Assembly (NCBI GenBank): GCA_965261735.1
Contig: OZ253470.1
Span: forward strand, 480,001-544,000
DNA from: Alphaproteobacteria bacterium
GTDB lineage: Bacteria > Pseudomonadota > Alphaproteobacteria > SHVV01
DNA: 64,000 nt
Direction: 5' to 3'
A program made the position numbers and the translations under genes. Positions 63,883 through 64,000 of the stretch are shown piece after piece; position 1 is the stretch's first letter, and each line of letters begins with the position of its first letter. Below the pieces are notes generated by a model. That model was not told the DNA's origin, ran no database searches, and was given only the letters and a program-made list of their open reading frames with translations.

Positions 63883-64000
63883 ATGAACATCATACAGATT
63901 TTCGAGCGGTTCCCTACACAGAAAGACTGCATCGCCCATCTTGAGACGGCTCGATGGGGCGGCGAACCGTCGTGCCCCTACTGCGGATCGCTCAACACCG
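63883..64000 (+). mobile_element. 5' part of a different IS1595-family transposase, cut by window edge
   Basis: MNIIQIFERFPTQKDCIAHLETARWGGEPSCPYCGS (zinc-ribbon N-terminus). Confidence 0.75.

Noticed and set aside
1-64000. CRISPR array or rRNA
   Set aside because: No regularly spaced identical repeats with unique spacers, no cas genes and no rRNA-like sequence seen; the palindrome arrays are too degenerate and their spacers are homologous between arrays.

Overview
GC-rich alphaproteobacterial chromosome segment, probably Rhodospirillales-like (inferred from gene order). An intact core block (gatCAB, ruvX, pyrB-pyrC'-plsY-dprA-topA-rnr-NUDIX-rpmG, ROK kinase, eipB, ridA, DUF482) sits among heavily IS-invaded, decaying accessory DNA. 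Left end: an island at the 3' end of tRNA-Ser(GCT) with DUF2924, a large serine recombinase and an inositol-synthesis pair (ino1 plus an IMPase missing from the ORF track). Main oddities: (1) divK and pleD are each knocked out by a different IS, both with clean target-site duplications; (2) a 64-bp mini-IS1595 keeps only the two ends plus a TTTACA-17-TAGAAT promoter aimed at a secreted-protein gene; (3) PlsY has a ~46-aa hydrophobic insertion just before its GGKG motif; (4) three paralogous two-domain VOC proteins keep their metal ligands in the N-terminal domain, next to an MDR/acyl-CoA ligase/VOC/PaaI operon bracketed by ~29-nt palindromic repeat arrays; (5) remnants of cofE, a PEP-CTERM protein, a Twinkle-like helicase, a radical SAM gene and a P4-like satellite with an IS630-split alpA. 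All product calls come from motif recognition by eye; no searches were run.
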